From Acidobacteriota bacterium (GTDB lineage: Bacteria; Acidobacteriota; UBA890): a DNA stretch of 64,000 nt. The stretch lies in NCBI GenBank assembly GCA_965214245.1, contig CBDCBL010000010.1:480414-544413 (forward strand). The letters run 5' to 3'. How positions within the stretch are numbered: position 1 is the stretch's first letter; the number at the start of each line of letters is the position of its first letter. Both the position numbers and the translations under genes were made by a program. The notes below the pieces were generated by a model. The model did no database searches. It saw nothing but the letters and a program-made list of their open reading frames with translations, and was not told the DNA's origin. Of this stretch, positions 1 through 11,585 are shown piece by piece.

Positions 1-4
1 GGCG

Positions 5-2768
5 GTGGCGGGAGATACCGGCGACTCCCTCGTCTTCTATTTCAGGGCTGCCCACGCCGGTGTGTGGAAGACGACCGATGCCGGAAGGCAGTGGCGGAAC
101 GTGTCGGACGGCTTCTTCGAATTCCCGGCGGTGGGGGCCCTGGACGTGTCGCTGTCGGATCCCCAGGTGATCTTCGCGGGGACGGGTGAGGGGCTTCAAC
201 GGCAATTCATCTCGCCCGGAGACGGCGTCTACAAATCCACCGATGGCGGCGAGACGTGGACCAACGTGGGCCTTTGCGAGACCCGGCACGTCTCCAGGCT
301 CCGTATTCATCCGACCAATTCCGACATCGTGTACGTGGCGGCAATGGGGGACATGTTCGGCCCCAACCCGGAGCGTGGCGTCTACCGCACGACGGATGGA
401 GGGGAGACGTGGGAGCGCACCCTGTATAGGGGCGAAACCACCGGTGCCGTGGATCTGACGATTGATCCCACGAACCCAGAGGTGATCATCGCGGCCCTGA
501 ACCACCATGTGACGTACCCGTGGGACGAGGAGAGCGGCGGCCCCACCAGCGGCCTTTTCAAGACCACAGATGGCGGGGACATCTGGACGGACATCACCCG
601 CAACCCCGGTATGCCAAAGGGGCTGATCGGGAAGATCGGTATATCCATCTCGCCGGCGAGCTCCAACCGCGTATATGCGTTCATCGAGGCTGACGAAGGC
701 GAGGGCGGCATCTATCGCTCCGACGACGGCGCTTCCACCTGGCAGTTGACGCATCAAGACCCCGGCAAGTTGGAGATTCCCAACTCCTACACCCACATCA
801 CCGCCGACACCCAGGATCCCGACGTCGTCTATATCCAGCCCATCACCGGTTTACTGAAGTTCACCGATGCGGGCCGGACCTTCACACGTGTGCGCATGGA
901 AAACTGGGACCCTCACGCGTTGTGGATCGATCCAAACGACTCTCGCCGAATGATCGAAGGAGGGGACGGGGGGGCCTCGGTGACGTTGAACGGAGGTGAG
1001 TCCTGGTCGAGCCTCGAGAACCAGCCCACCGCAGACCTTCTCAGTCTGGCGGTGGACGACCAGGAGCCCTACTGGCTCTACGCCTCCCAGAACGACAACA
1101 GCCACATCGGGATTCCAAGTCGAACCGACGACCGGTCCATCGGATGGACGCACTATCTTCCCATTCCGGCCGGCGAGGGCGGGCAGACGGCGGTCAAGCC
1201 CGACGGCAGCGTGGTCTATGCAAATGACAGGTCCAGGATGGTCCGTTTTGACCGGGAAACCGGGCAGGCCCCGCACATCAGCGTTTGGCCCGAGTGGGTG
1301 TTCGGAACGCCCGCCAAAGACGTGAAGTATCGTTTCTACTACTCGTTCCCGGTACTCCTCTCGCCGCACGATCCTGGCGTCCTCTACACCGCCGCCCAGT
1401 ACGTCTTCCGATCCACGGACGAAGGCCAATCCTGGGACCAGATCAGCTCCGACCTCACGCGGAACCGCCAGGACGTGATGGGCGAAATATCCGGAGGGCC
1501 CATTAGCTCCAATGCGTCCTCGCTTTTTCACGTGAGTCTCATCCGGACCATTGCCGAGTCTCCCCTCCAAGAGGAGGAGCTCTGGGTGGGCACCGACGAC
1601 AGTACCGTTCAAGTTTCGCAAGATGGTGGCCGCAATTGGCGCAACGTCTCGCCGCCAGATCTCCCCGAATGGACCACCATCACCGCCATCGACGTGTCTC
1701 CCCACCGGCCGGGGACCGTCTATATCTCCGGTGAACGGCACCGGGTGAGCGATCGTACGCCGTATCGCTACAAGACCACCGACTACGGCAGCACCTGGAA
1801 GCGAATCACATCAGGAATTCGGGAGAACGACTTCTCGTGGGTCATCCGGGAAGATCCCGTCCGTCCGGGTCTCCTCTACGCGGGAACGGAAACCGGCGCG
1901 TACGTCTCCTTCGACGCCGGGGACTCCTGGCAGACCCTGCAGCGCAACCTGCCGCCGGTGATGGTCATGCAGATGGTCGTGAAGGACGACGACCTGGTGG
2001 TGGCAACCCATGGGCGGGGCTTTTGGATCATGGACAACATCTCGTCCCTGCGTGCCATTACCCCCGAAGTCGCCTCGGCCCCGGTGGCATCTATTTGAAG
2101 TAGTCCCCGCTCTTCGTCAACTTCGCGGAGGGAGCGGGTACTCGGGACCTGCGGACGCAGCGAGGAACCCACCGAGGGGGGTGATGATCGAATATCACCT
2201 GGCCCAAGCAACCACCGGTGAGGTGGTGTTCACCATCACGGATGCGGGCGGCGAGATCATCCGGCAATTCTCCAGCGGGTCGCAGGAAAGCCCCAGCCCC
2301 TCCACCAGGGCAGGAATGAACCGATTCTTCTGGGACATGCGATATCCGGGCACCCGGATGCCCCCGTCCCCTGGAACGTTGGACGGTTTCCAGAGCATCG
2401 ATTACTCACCGCTCCGATCGCCGATTGCGCCTCCCGGACGATACACCGTGCAACTCACCGTGGACGGACAGGCTTACGAGCAGCCTTTCGAGATTCGGAA
2501 AGATCCGCGAGTAAAGGCCAGCGACGCCGATCTCAGGGCCCAGTTCGACCTCATGGTTGACCTCCGGGATCGGTTTTCGGAAGTGGCCGACACCGTCATC
2601 AGAATCAGAGAAGTCCGAGCCCAGCTCGAGGGACGTCGGGCTGAGCTGCCAGAGGATTCCCGGGTCGAGGCCGACGGGATCCTCGAGCAGTTGAGGGAGA
2701 TCGAGGGCATTCTGACGATATGGATGGGGTCTGAGGCCGGTCCGGGTGACTTCCAACCCCGGGTCTGA
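5..2768 (+). CDS. Sortilin/VPS10-like BNR (Asp-box) repeat beta-propeller protein, paralog 1. The 5' end runs off the window edge. The reading frame breaks near 2085-2095: ORF 5..2098 continues as ORF 2010..2768 in another frame.
   Basis: Repeated S/T-x-D-G-G-x-T-W (Asp-box) motifs. Collinear with the intact 895-aa paralog at 7292..9979 through the C-terminal domain; ...HLF..NPP..YHL aligns across the frame break. The break is a frameshift or an assembly error. Confidence 0.7.
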
Positions 2769-3999
2769 CGACGGGCCCGTCTGGCACCCCGACGGCGAGC
2801 GGCTCGCCTACATCACGACAATCCGGCCCGAGGTGGCCCTGGCCTACCTGCAGACAAAGCTAGCGCTCATCCGGATCGGTGAGGACGAGCCGGTGTTGCT
2901 CACGGAGTCCCTCGACCGGAAGGTATACGAGCCGCGTTTCGCGCCCGACGGAGGGCACATCTACGTCCTGCTCGAGGATTGGGGCCGGGTCCATCTGGCC
3001 GCCGTGTCGGTTGACGACGGCAGCCTGAGCCGGCCGATCGCCGGACGGCGCCGGGTGGATACCGCCACCGTCGGGCCCGACGGCACCGTCGTCGCGCTCG
3101 TCAGCGAGCCCCGGTTGCCTGCCGAGCTATTTGCCCTCGATGCTGAGCCCTCCGCCTCCCCTCGACTCCGCCGCCTCACGTACGCCAACGACGAGCTGTT
3201 GAAGACGGTCGCGCTGGCGGGCGCGGAGGAGGAGCGCTTCCCGGCCGTTGACGGAACCGAGATCCAGGCCTTCGTCTACAAGCCGCGGTCGTTCGACCCG
3301 AACGTCCGCTACCCGACCCTGCTCTGGCTGCACGGCGGCCAGGAGTCGCAGTACGACTATGGTTTCAATTTTCGGGTACAGCTCTTCGCCGCCAACGGCT
3401 ACGTGGTCGTGATGCCGAATGTTCGAGGATCCGGAGGCAGGGGGCTCGACTTCACGCTCTCGAACTGGCGCGCGTGGGGCACCCACGACTCCGAGGACGT
3501 GATCGCCGCCACCGACCACGTCGTGGGGCTGGGCTACGCCGACCCCGATCGGCTCGGCATCGGTGGCTGGTCCTACGGTGGGACACTCACGAACGACGTG
3601 ATCACCAGAACGGAGCGGTTCGCGGGCGCCATCTCCGGGGCCGGCAACGCGCTATGGATCACCAACTACGGCCACGATCGATACCAGGACTGGTACGACA
3701 CGGAGCTCGGCCCGCCCTGGGAGAGCCGCGAGATCTGGGAGAGCGTTTCGCCTTTCAACAAGGTCCAGAACATCACCACGCCGACGTTCTTTATAGGAGG
3801 GGAAAAGGACTGGAACGTCCCGATCATCAGCTCCGAGCAGATGTACCAGGCGATGAAGCAGTTGGGCCGCGAAACCTTGCTCGTGGTCTACCCGGACGCG
3901 CACCACGGCATCAGACGGCACAGCCATCAGAAGGACCTGCTCGAGCGCTTTCTCGGCTGGTTCGACAAGTACGTCAAGGGCTCAGAGTCCGGTTCATAG
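2746..3999 (+). CDS. S9 family serine peptidase (acylaminoacyl-peptidase/dipeptidyl-peptidase-like). It lacks most of the usual N-terminal beta-propeller.
   Basis: C-terminal alpha/beta-hydrolase domain with GGWSYGG (GxSxG) nucleophile and catalytic D/H context. Only about 170 aa of PD40-like sequence precede it. The start overlaps the end of the sortilin gene. Confidence 0.7.
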   Translation: MTSNPGSDDGPVWHPDGERLAYITTIRPEVALAYLQTKLALIRIGEDEPVLLTESLDRKVYEPRFAPDGGHIYVLLEDWGRVHLAAVSVDDGSLSRPIAGRRRVDTATVGPDGTVVALVSEPRLPAELFALDAEPSASPRLRRLTYANDELLKTVALAGAEEERFPAVDGTEIQAFVYKPRSFDPNVRYPTLLWLHGGQESQYDYGFNFRVQLFAANGYVVVMPNVRGSGGRGLDFTLSNWRAWGTHDSEDVIAATDHVVGLGYADPDRLGIGGWSYGGTLTNDVITRTERFAGAISGAGNALWITNYGHDRYQDWYDTELGPPWESREIWESVSPFNKVQNITTPTFFIGGEKDWNVPIISSEQMYQAMKQLGRETLLVVYPDAHHGIRRHSHQKDLLERFLGWFDKYVKGSESGS

Positions 4000-4026
4000 C
4001 GCCCTTTGTTGTGTGCGCGCTCCGTA

Positions 4027-5394
4027 GGATGTGTCCCGAAGTTTGTAGAAAATCGTCTGGCGTGGCTCCGAGCTTGGACGTTTGATGTTACCTGCTACGC
4101 GGCCAACTCCTCCTGTTGGTCGATGATCGCGGCGAGATGCCGGTACCCGTCGATGCGGCGCATGCGGATCTGCCCGAACGCGATCAGCCCCCACAGCAGC
4201 GTCACCCCGGCCGCCTCGGTGCTGAACGATCCCTGGGTCTTGGTACGGCGACGGAACTCGCGGTTGAGGTTCTCCAGTGGGTTCGTCGTGCGCAGCGTCT
4301 TGCACATCGGTTTGGGGAACTCGTAGAAGGTCAGCAGCACCAGCCCCGCTTCCTCGAGGCTGCGCGCCACCGCCGGCACCAACCTCGACCACTTGCGCAC
4401 GAAGTTGCTGTACGCGGCCCTCGCCTCGCTGCCGTTTGCCGCCTTCACGATGCGGTCCCAGTCTCGTTTCAGCTCGTCGTGGGCGTGTGACGGGCAATGC
4501 TTCAACAGATTCTTCCACTTGTGCTGAAGGCAGCGCTGCACCTTCGCTTCGGGCCACACCGTCGTCGCCTTGGCCAGCCCTTTGTGGCCGTCGGCGATGA
4601 TCAGCCGGGGCGGCCGAAGACCTCTTTGCTCTAGGTCCTCGATCAGCCACTTCCAGTGACACCCGGCCTCCGAAGCGGCCCGACGCAACGCCACCAACAC
4701 CTTGCGCCCATCTTCCGCCACTCCCAGCGCGGCGAAGATCGGCACCGACACGACCTGCCGCGCCAACCTCACCTTCAGGTGGAACCCGTCCAGGTATACG
4801 ATCGGGTACGACTCACCGGTCAGATCGCGCTCGCACCACGTCCCGAACAGCTTCTTCAGCCGCCCCACCACCCTCGAGATCGCGCTCTTCGAGAGGTTCG
4901 CTTCACCCAGCAGCGGCGCGAGCGCCTTGCGGATCCGTCGGCTATTTGCACCCGCCAGGTACACCCCTAGAATCGCCTCGTCGACTTCCTCGGTGCGCCG
5001 TTGATACCGCGGCAGGATCGTGCTGCGGAACTCCCCGGTGCTGCCGTCCTCTCGCAGCAGCCGTCCCCGTGGTACCTCCAGATCCTGCGGCCCCTGCGCC
5101 ATCGTGATCTGCCGCCGATACGTCCCGTGCCGATATCCTCGCCGCGAGCCGTTGCGCTCGTACGGCCCGCATCCCAACGCCTCGGCGAGCTCCTCCTCAA
5201 GCGTGATCGTAATCGCCTCCTGGATGCGGCTGTGCAGCAGCTCCTGGATGGCGCTACGGAACTCGATGACCGATACCTCTCCCATGCTACCGTTGCTCAT
5301 GGTGTGACCTCCTTGTTGTCGCCGTTTCCAGCGACTCGTTTTTCCTACTCGGAGGTTACGCCATTTCTTTTTCTACAGGACTCGGGACGGATCC
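4027..5394 (-). mobile_element. IS256-family insertion sequence, copy 1 (1368 bp). No target-site duplication; there is an adjacent deletion.
   Basis: Imperfect terminal inverted repeats GGATGTGTCCCGAAG... and ...CTCGGGACGGATCC. Identical in length and almost identical in sequence to copies at 59785..61152 and 27068..28374. Flanks are gctccgta and gccagtcg, which do not repeat. Confidence 0.85.
4095..5300 (-). CDS. IS256-family (Mutator-type) DDE transposase
   Basis: 401-aa ORF with characteristic IS256 transposase sequence. Three near-identical copies in the window. Confidence 0.9.
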   Translation of the reverse strand: MSNGSMGEVSVIEFRSAIQELLHSRIQEAITITLEEELAEALGCGPYERNGSRRGYRHGTYRRQITMAQGPQDLEVPRGRLLREDGSTGEFRSTILPRYQRRTEEVDEAILGVYLAGANSRRIRKALAPLLGEANLSKSAISRVVGRLKKLFGTWCERDLTGESYPIVYLDGFHLKVRLARQVVSVPIFAALGVAEDGRKVLVALRRAASEAGCHWKWLIEDLEQRGLRPPRLIIADGHKGLAKATTVWPEAKVQRCLQHKWKNLLKHCPSHAHDELKRDWDRIVKAANGSEARAAYSNFVRKWSRLVPAVARSLEEAGLVLLTFYEFPKPMCKTLRTTNPLENLNREFRRRTKTQGSFSTEAAGVTLLWGLIAFGQIRMRRIDGYRHLAAIIDQQEELAA

Positions 5395-6726
5395 GCCAGT
5401 CGAGCCAGTCTGCTGACAGGACTTGTGGAACGCACTCATCAATCGACATTCGGCACGCCACCACTCGCCGTCCGATTTACCGACCGGAGTTATCCCGTCT
5501 TGTTACGGGAGGCTGGTTATAAGACGGGATTTATCGGGAAATTCGGCGTTGCCACAGAGCCGGGGGCTGTCGAGAAGATGTTCGACACCTACAAGATGTT
5601 CGACACCTACGTACCCCTGCGGCCCGCGCCCTACCTCAAGCAACAGGAAGACGGGTCGACTCGCCACCTTACGGACATCACTGCGGACAGAGCCGTCGAG
5701 TTTCTGCGATCTGCCGACCGGACCACTCCGTTTGCTCTGACTCTGAGTTTCAACGCCCCTCACGCCGACGATGGGGATGAAAGACAATTCATCTGGCCCG
5801 AAGCGATGAACGAGAAGTATTCAGACGTTGCCATACCTGCTCCCCCTCTTTCCGAACCCGCATTCTTCGCCGCCCTCCCGGAGTTCTTGAAGGATGCTTC
5901 TCTGAACAGAGTCCGCTGGTACTGGCGTTTCGATACGCCCGAGAAGGCACAGCAAATGACGAGGGGACATTTTCGGATGATCACCGGTGTCGACGCTGCC
6001 ATCGGGCGTGTTCTCGATGAGCTCGAGTCCCTTGCACTCGCGAGTAATACAGTCGTCATTTTGATGGGAGACAACGGGTATTTCCTGGGAGAGCGCGGAT
6101 ACGCCGGGAAATGGCTCCCGTATGATCTTTCGATACGTGTGCCGCTCATAGTTTCCGATCCACGTATCGAGAAAAAATTGCGAGGATCGATTCCCTCATT
6201 GCCCGCCCTGAATATCGATATTGCGCCAACATTGCTCGATCTGGCCGGTGTCGAGGTCCCGAGTACGATGCAAGGCAGAAGCCTGGTGCCGATCCTCGAA
6301 GGCGCGTCTCCTGCGGAGTGGAGAAGCGACTTTTTCGTCGAACATCTCTTCGACCATCCGGAAATTCCGAAACACGAGGGCGTTAGAGGTGAACGGTACA
6401 AATACGCCAGATATTTCGAGCAAGACCCTGTATACGAAGAGCTTTACGAGCTCCTCGTGGATCCAATGGAAACCAGAAATCTGGCCGGAAACACTGATTA
6501 CCTTGGAATTCTCACGGAGTTGAGAAGACGCACGGACGAACTCCTGGCTGAATATGGCGGACCCTACACGCCTATCAGCCTCGTCGCGCCGCCGCAGGCG
6601 GAGGCCCAACCGGCAACCGGCGATGCGACGTCATTGGTGTCGGCGAGTACATTCGGCATGAGAGCATCGTCGGGATCGAGCGCGAAGCGGCCTTCGTGCC
6701 GGGTGTCAGCAGGATGCGGAGTCTGA
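5395..6726 (+). pseudogene. Sulfatase (arylsulfatase/GlcNAc-6-sulfatase family), 5'-truncated by IS256 copy 1 inside the catalytic C-x-P-S-R-A-S-L-L-T-G motif.
   Basis: Reading starts SRASLLTG immediately after the IS end. There is no start codon or signal peptide upstream of the IS; a stop lies 9 codons before it. Contains an 18-bp tandem duplication (KMFDTY x2) at 5575..5610. Confidence 0.7.
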
Positions 6727-6755
6727 GAACACAAGCTCATTAGTGCGAACCCACC

Positions 6756-7196
6756 ATGGAAAAGACGAGATTGGGCATCGGGGCCAAGATCCTCATCGGC
6801 GGGATCGTTGTGGGCGCTGCCTGGCTGGCGCTGCAGGAAATCCGGGAGTCGGCTCGCATCGGCCGGCTTGCCGCGCTGCCACCCTGCCTCCTCGCGGCGG
6901 AGTACGCCGAATGGCGGCTGGCCTTCGAGGATCAATTCCCGACAGCCGAAACCTCGGGATCCGCGGCCGAGGAATTCGTGCGGCAGAACGAGGTGTTCGA
7001 ACAGGCCTTGCGGCAAGCCCGAGAGAAATTGGAGTCTCCAGTCCTCGAGGCCCTCGAAGACCTCACCGCGGTCGATTCGGAGCGCTGGATCCGCGAACGA
7101 GGCCACCTGGCCCCCTTCGTGGAGGTCATGCTCGCCGAGTGCCGCGCCGAGGTCGAGCACCTGTTCCGCGGTTCACAGCCGTCTACCCCCGGCTAA
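6756..7196 (+). CDS. Hypothetical protein with N-terminal transmembrane helix
   Basis: ORF only; hydrophobic N-terminus, no recognisable family. Confidence 0.3.
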   Translation: MEKTRLGIGAKILIGGIVVGAAWLALQEIRESARIGRLAALPPCLLAAEYAEWRLAFEDQFPTAETSGSAAEEFVRQNEVFEQALRQAREKLESPVLEALEDLTAVDSERWIRERGHLAPFVEVMLAECRAEVEHLFRGSQPSTPG

Positions 7197-7291
7197 CGCC
7201 CTGCTGGCTGTTGGACGAACCTTCCGTCGAGCGACTCGGCGTTCTTCTCAGGAGCTACCAGGAGGGCGGCCGCAGCCGGCGCCAGTACGTC

Positions 7292-9979
7292 TCAGCGCTG
7301 TATCGGCACCACCAAGACGGTCTGCGGCTCGCTGAGATCCGTGACGGTCTCACCGGTCAAACGCCCGAGCGTCGCCGTGAACCTACCCGGACCCACGACC
7401 TCTCCCTGAGGCTGGCCACGGTCACCACGGCCGCCGCCCTGGCCGCCGCGGGCACCCGCGCCCTCCGGCGCCGGCGGTGGATCGCGGCGCAGGTTCCAGG
7501 TAACCCGATGAACACCATCCTCTCCCGGTAGCTCGAGGCGACGGACCTGCTCGCCGGACTCATCGCTGATGGTCAGAACGAGCTGGCCGCCCGCGGCCAT
7601 CGGCTCGCGCAGGTGATAGGTCAACGTTGCCCCGAAGGGCGGGTTCGGCTCGCTCTTGTCACCCCACGCGGCCCTGACTTGGCCGCGCTCGTTGAACAGC
7701 GGCGCTGGCCGCAGCGGGAAGAGCCACGCCTCCTCCCCTAGGGTCTCGGCGTTGACGTCACGGAGCGCCGAGTAGTCGTCGAAGATGTAGATGCCCCGGC
7801 CGAAGGTGCCCACTACCAGGTCCGTCCATTGGCGCTGGATGTGCAGGTCGCGGGCCTGCATCCGCGGAATCCCGCTCCTCAGCTCGACCCAACGGGAGCC
7901 GCCGTCGACGCTGAAGAAGACACCGAACTCCAACCCCACAAAGAGAAGATTGGGGTTCGCGTGGTCCTGCACGATCGACCAAGCTCCCGAGCGCTCGGGG
8001 AGATTGCCGGTGATGTCGGTCCAGGTGCGGCCGCGATCTTCGCTCCTCAGGACCTGGGGCCGGAAATCGCCGCGCTGCCAGTTGTTGAAGGTGGCAAAGA
8101 CCGTGTCGGAGTCGCGCCTCGAGGCGAACATGTCGGTCACGTAGATCTGCTCGGGCAACCCGGGGATGCTCTCGAGCCTGCGCCAGCTCTCGCCGCCGTC
8201 TTCGGTGACCTGGACGAGACCGTCGTCGGTGCCGACGTAGATCAGCCCCTCGACGAGCGGTGACTCATCGAAGGTCGTGATGACGCTCATCGTCGTCGTG
8301 AAAAGGTGCAACCCGACGGCATCCTCGGGCCAGATCCGGCCCATGATCGGCATCTCGCTGCGGTCGAGGTTGCGGGTGAGATCACCGCTGACAGGCGTCC
8401 AGTTGTCGCCCCGATCGTCGCTCCGGTACAGACGATGGCCACCGTAGTAGAGGCGCCCCGGCGCGTGCGGGCTGACCAGCAGGGGGCTGTCCCAGTGCCA
8501 GCGCCCCCTGTCCTGTCCGCCACGATCACCGCCACCACCGCCGGTCGGGGGGATGCCGACGCTCTGTCCGGTATCCAGGTCGAGGCGGTTGAGAGCGCCG
8601 TTTTGCGATTGCGCGTAGACGATGTCGGGATCGGCGTTGTCGAAGTAGGCTTGGAAGCCGTCGCCGCCGCCGACGCGGTACCAGTCGCTGGTGCGAATGC
8701 CCGCCGAGTTCAGCGTCCGCGACGGTCCGCAGATCGTGCCGTTGTCCTGGGCACCGCCGCAGACTCGATAGAAGGGGCGGGAGTCGTCGGCGCTGACCCG
8801 GTAGAACTGCGACAGTGGCAGGTTGGTGAAGTGGCGCCAGGTGTCACCGCCGTCGTACGTTTCGTACAAGCCGCCGTCGTTGCCGATCAACATGTGCATC
8901 GGGTCGGACTCATCGAAGACGATCTCGTGGTGATCGCTGTGGATCGGGTAGCCCATCGGCTCCCAGGTGCGGCCGCCGTCGGTGCTACGCCGGATCCTGA
9001 CCTCGATGTTCCAGATGGTGTCGGGACGGTGGGGATCAACGAAGATCTCGCCGTAGTACTGGGGGTCGCCTCCCGAATACTGGCTCACTCGGGTCCAGGC
9101 CTGGCCTGCGTTCTCCGACACGAAGAAGCCGCCGTGATCGCCCTGTGCGACAACCATGGCGTAGACGCGATCGGGGTTGCGCGGGTCGACACCGAGGGCG
9201 ATGCGGCCCTTGTCGACGGCGGGAAGCCCGTTCTCGATCCGCTCCCAGCTCGCCCCCGCGTCCGTCGACTTGAAGATCCCCGCCTCCGGCCCGCCGCCGA
9301 TGGTCATGGCGTTCGCCCGCCGGCGCTGGTAGGCGGCGGCGTAGATGACGTCGGGGTTCCGCGGATGGAAGACGGCGTCGGTGATGCCGGTATCCTCGCT
9401 GACGTGGAGCACACGGTCCCAGGTGCGGCCGCCGTCGGTCGTCTTGTAGAGGCCGCGGTCACCGCCGGAGCTCCACAGTGGACCGGCGGTGGCGACGTAG
9501 ACGACGTCAGAGTCGCGCGGATCGATCAGGAAACGCTGGATCTTTTGCGAGTCCTCGAGTCCCACCCGCTCCCACGTTGCGCCGGCGTCGGTCGACTTGT
9601 AAACGCCGTCGCCGTACGAGGTGCTGCGGTTATGCGTGTTTTCGCCGGTGCCGAGCCAGACGATGTCCGAATTGCGGGGATCGACCGTCACGCACCCCAG
9701 AGAATAAGAGGGGTACTCGTCGAAGATTGGCGTCCAGGTGTTGCCGCGGTTCACCGTCTTCCACAGGCCGCTGGACCCCACCGTCAGGTACCAAACGCTG
9801 CTGTCGTTCGGGTCGACCTCCAGGTCGGAGATGCGGCCGGTCGTCAGGCTGGGGCCGATGCTGCGGAACTCCAGCCCGTGAAAGACCTCCATGTTCAGCC
9901 TATCGCTGCCCGTCTGTGCGTACAGAGACGACGCCGCAACAAACAGCGCAACGACGACCAGCTCAAAGGTCCGTTTCAT
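7292..9979 (-). CDS. Sortilin/VPS10-like BNR repeat beta-propeller protein, paralog 2 (intact, 895 aa, Sec signal peptide)
   Basis: Signal peptide MKRTFELVVVALFVAASSLYAQ at the ATG at 9979. Multiple Asp-box repeats. Full-length homolog of the other two copies. Confidence 0.8.
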   Translation of the reverse strand: MKRTFELVVVALFVAASSLYAQTGSDRLNMEVFHGLEFRSIGPSLTTGRISDLEVDPNDSSVWYLTVGSSGLWKTVNRGNTWTPIFDEYPSYSLGCVTVDPRNSDIVWLGTGENTHNRSTSYGDGVYKSTDAGATWERVGLEDSQKIQRFLIDPRDSDVVYVATAGPLWSSGGDRGLYKTTDGGRTWDRVLHVSEDTGITDAVFHPRNPDVIYAAAYQRRRANAMTIGGGPEAGIFKSTDAGASWERIENGLPAVDKGRIALGVDPRNPDRVYAMVVAQGDHGGFFVSENAGQAWTRVSQYSGGDPQYYGEIFVDPHRPDTIWNIEVRIRRSTDGGRTWEPMGYPIHSDHHEIVFDESDPMHMLIGNDGGLYETYDGGDTWRHFTNLPLSQFYRVSADDSRPFYRVCGGAQDNGTICGPSRTLNSAGIRTSDWYRVGGGDGFQAYFDNADPDIVYAQSQNGALNRLDLDTGQSVGIPPTGGGGGDRGGQDRGRWHWDSPLLVSPHAPGRLYYGGHRLYRSDDRGDNWTPVSGDLTRNLDRSEMPIMGRIWPEDAVGLHLFTTTMSVITTFDESPLVEGLIYVGTDDGLVQVTEDGGESWRRLESIPGLPEQIYVTDMFASRRDSDTVFATFNNWQRGDFRPQVLRSEDRGRTWTDITGNLPERSGAWSIVQDHANPNLLFVGLEFGVFFSVDGGSRWVELRSGIPRMQARDLHIQRQWTDLVVGTFGRGIYIFDDYSALRDVNAETLGEEAWLFPLRPAPLFNERGQVRAAWGDKSEPNPPFGATLTYHLREPMAAGGQLVLTISDESGEQVRRLELPGEDGVHRVTWNLRRDPPPAPEGAGARGGQGGGRGDRGQPQGEVVGPGRFTATLGRLTGETVTDLSEPQTVLVVPIQR

Positions 9980-9999
9980 GACATCCTCTCCGTAGTTCG

Positions 10000-11585
10000 T
10001 CATCGCGAACCCGTCACCCGCGGGACATTGACGCTCCCGGCGTCGAGCACCTGGCTCCACACCCGGCGCCCGACCGCGTCAGCTTCCCGGATGATCGCGT
10101 CCTCGTCCATCGTGAGGACCGTGCGATCCCGCATGACGAAGCGCCCGTCGATCATGACCGACTCGATGTCACCTGGGTGGCCGGAGTGAACCACGGCCGA
10201 GACGATCCGGCCCGCTGGGACCAGGTGAGCGCGCTGGGTATCGATGACGAGGATGTCGGCCCGCTTGCCCACCTCGAGCGTGCCGAGAAGCTCCTCCTGT
10301 TGCACTGCCCGCGCGCCACCCTGCGTCGCATCCGCGAGCATGTCTTCGGGTTGTGGCTTGAGGCCCGGCACCTCATCCCCATCTCGGTTACGGCGGATCC
10401 GCTCCGTGACCGAAGCGATTCGCATCACCTCGAACACGTCGTTCGTGTTGTTGTCCGTGCCGAGCGCGATCGTGCACTCAGCCTCCCGGAGCGCCGGGAT
10501 CGGCGGGCTCACCCCGCGATTTGCCGCCATCGCCGCCTGGTGCGAGATCGTCGTCGCGGACCGGCCGAGTAGTTGGATCTCAGCATCGTTGACGTATCTA
10601 GCGTGTGCGGCGAAAAGCCTCGGGCCGAGGAAGTCGTGCCGGTCCAAGTACTCCGCTGGTCGTACGCCGTGGTACCGGACCATGAACTCGAATTCGGCGC
10701 GGCTCTGGTTCAGGTGAATCGTGTACCCGAGGTCGTGCTCTTCCGCGAACGCACGTACGGCCCGCAAGAGCTCGGGCGACGATGTCTCAACGAGCCCGGC
10801 CGCCGGGAAGACGCTGATCCGTCCCTGTTCCGCACCGTGCCACGAGCTGAACAAGTCGCTGATGCGCTGCATTCCCTGATCGCGAAGAGTCGCGGAGAAC
10901 GTCGGGGTCTCGTCGCTCAGCACGAGCCGCTCGGGGGACATCGGGCCGCGGACGTTCTCTGCGTCCCGAACGGATTCGGCGAACACGCAGCGAAGACCGG
11001 ACTCCGCCAACGCCGCCGCGTGTTGTTGGATGTTGCCGACGTTCTCGACGATCGTGGTCGTACCGGTGCGGATCGCCTCGAGCGCGGCGACCTGCACCAT
11101 CAGGGTGCGCTCCTCGCCCTCAAGAAGGCCCGCCGGCGAGATAGGGAGACGGGCGGTGTTCGGGAAGCCGAAGTCTTCGTTGAAGCCGCGCGCGATGACC
11201 GCGCTCATGTGCGCGTGACAGTTGATCAGGCCTGGAAGGAGTGCTTTGCCCCGTCCGTCGTAGACCTCGGCTCGGGGATACATCGCCAGGACCTCGTCGG
11301 TGGGGCCGATGGCCGCGACGTTCTGGCCCTCCACGGCGAGGCCCACGTCGTTCTGCACGGCGTCAGCATTCACGACGGTCGTGTTCGCGAACACGTAAGG
11401 CGCTCTTTGGGCACCTGGAGCCATCCGGGGGGTGTCGCCTCGGCTCGAAGGCCCTGATGCTCGAGGAAGAGGAGGGCCGCGCCTCCGGCGCCGGCTCCGG
11501 CGAGAAGCTTACGGCGGGTTAGTGTCGTGGAGCTCTCGGAGGACTGGGGAGCTGAAGAGAACGGGTTGATCGGGTTCGTCATCAT
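10000..11585 (-). CDS. Tat-exported amidohydrolase-family metallohydrolase. The frame breaks between the Tat signal (11370..11585) and the catalytic domain (10000..11424).
   Basis: TRRKLLAGAGAGGAALLF twin-arginine signal in the upstream frame. HAHM metal-binding motif and amidohydrolase fold downstream. Joining the frames needs one extra C in a C6 run (plus-strand G6 at 11427..11432). Confidence 0.65.

Noticed and set aside
8306-10189. 627-aa plus-strand ORF, with many other long ORFs antisense to real genes (for example 14880..16085, 15946..16770, 18102..19082, 19113..20186, 42943..43746, 54763..56304, 57383..58696, 35228..36109)
   Set aside because: The translations are Arg/Ala/Gly/Pro-rich low-complexity sequence typical of stop-poor antisense frames in GC-rich DNA. 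Each lies opposite a gene with clear homology-style signatures.
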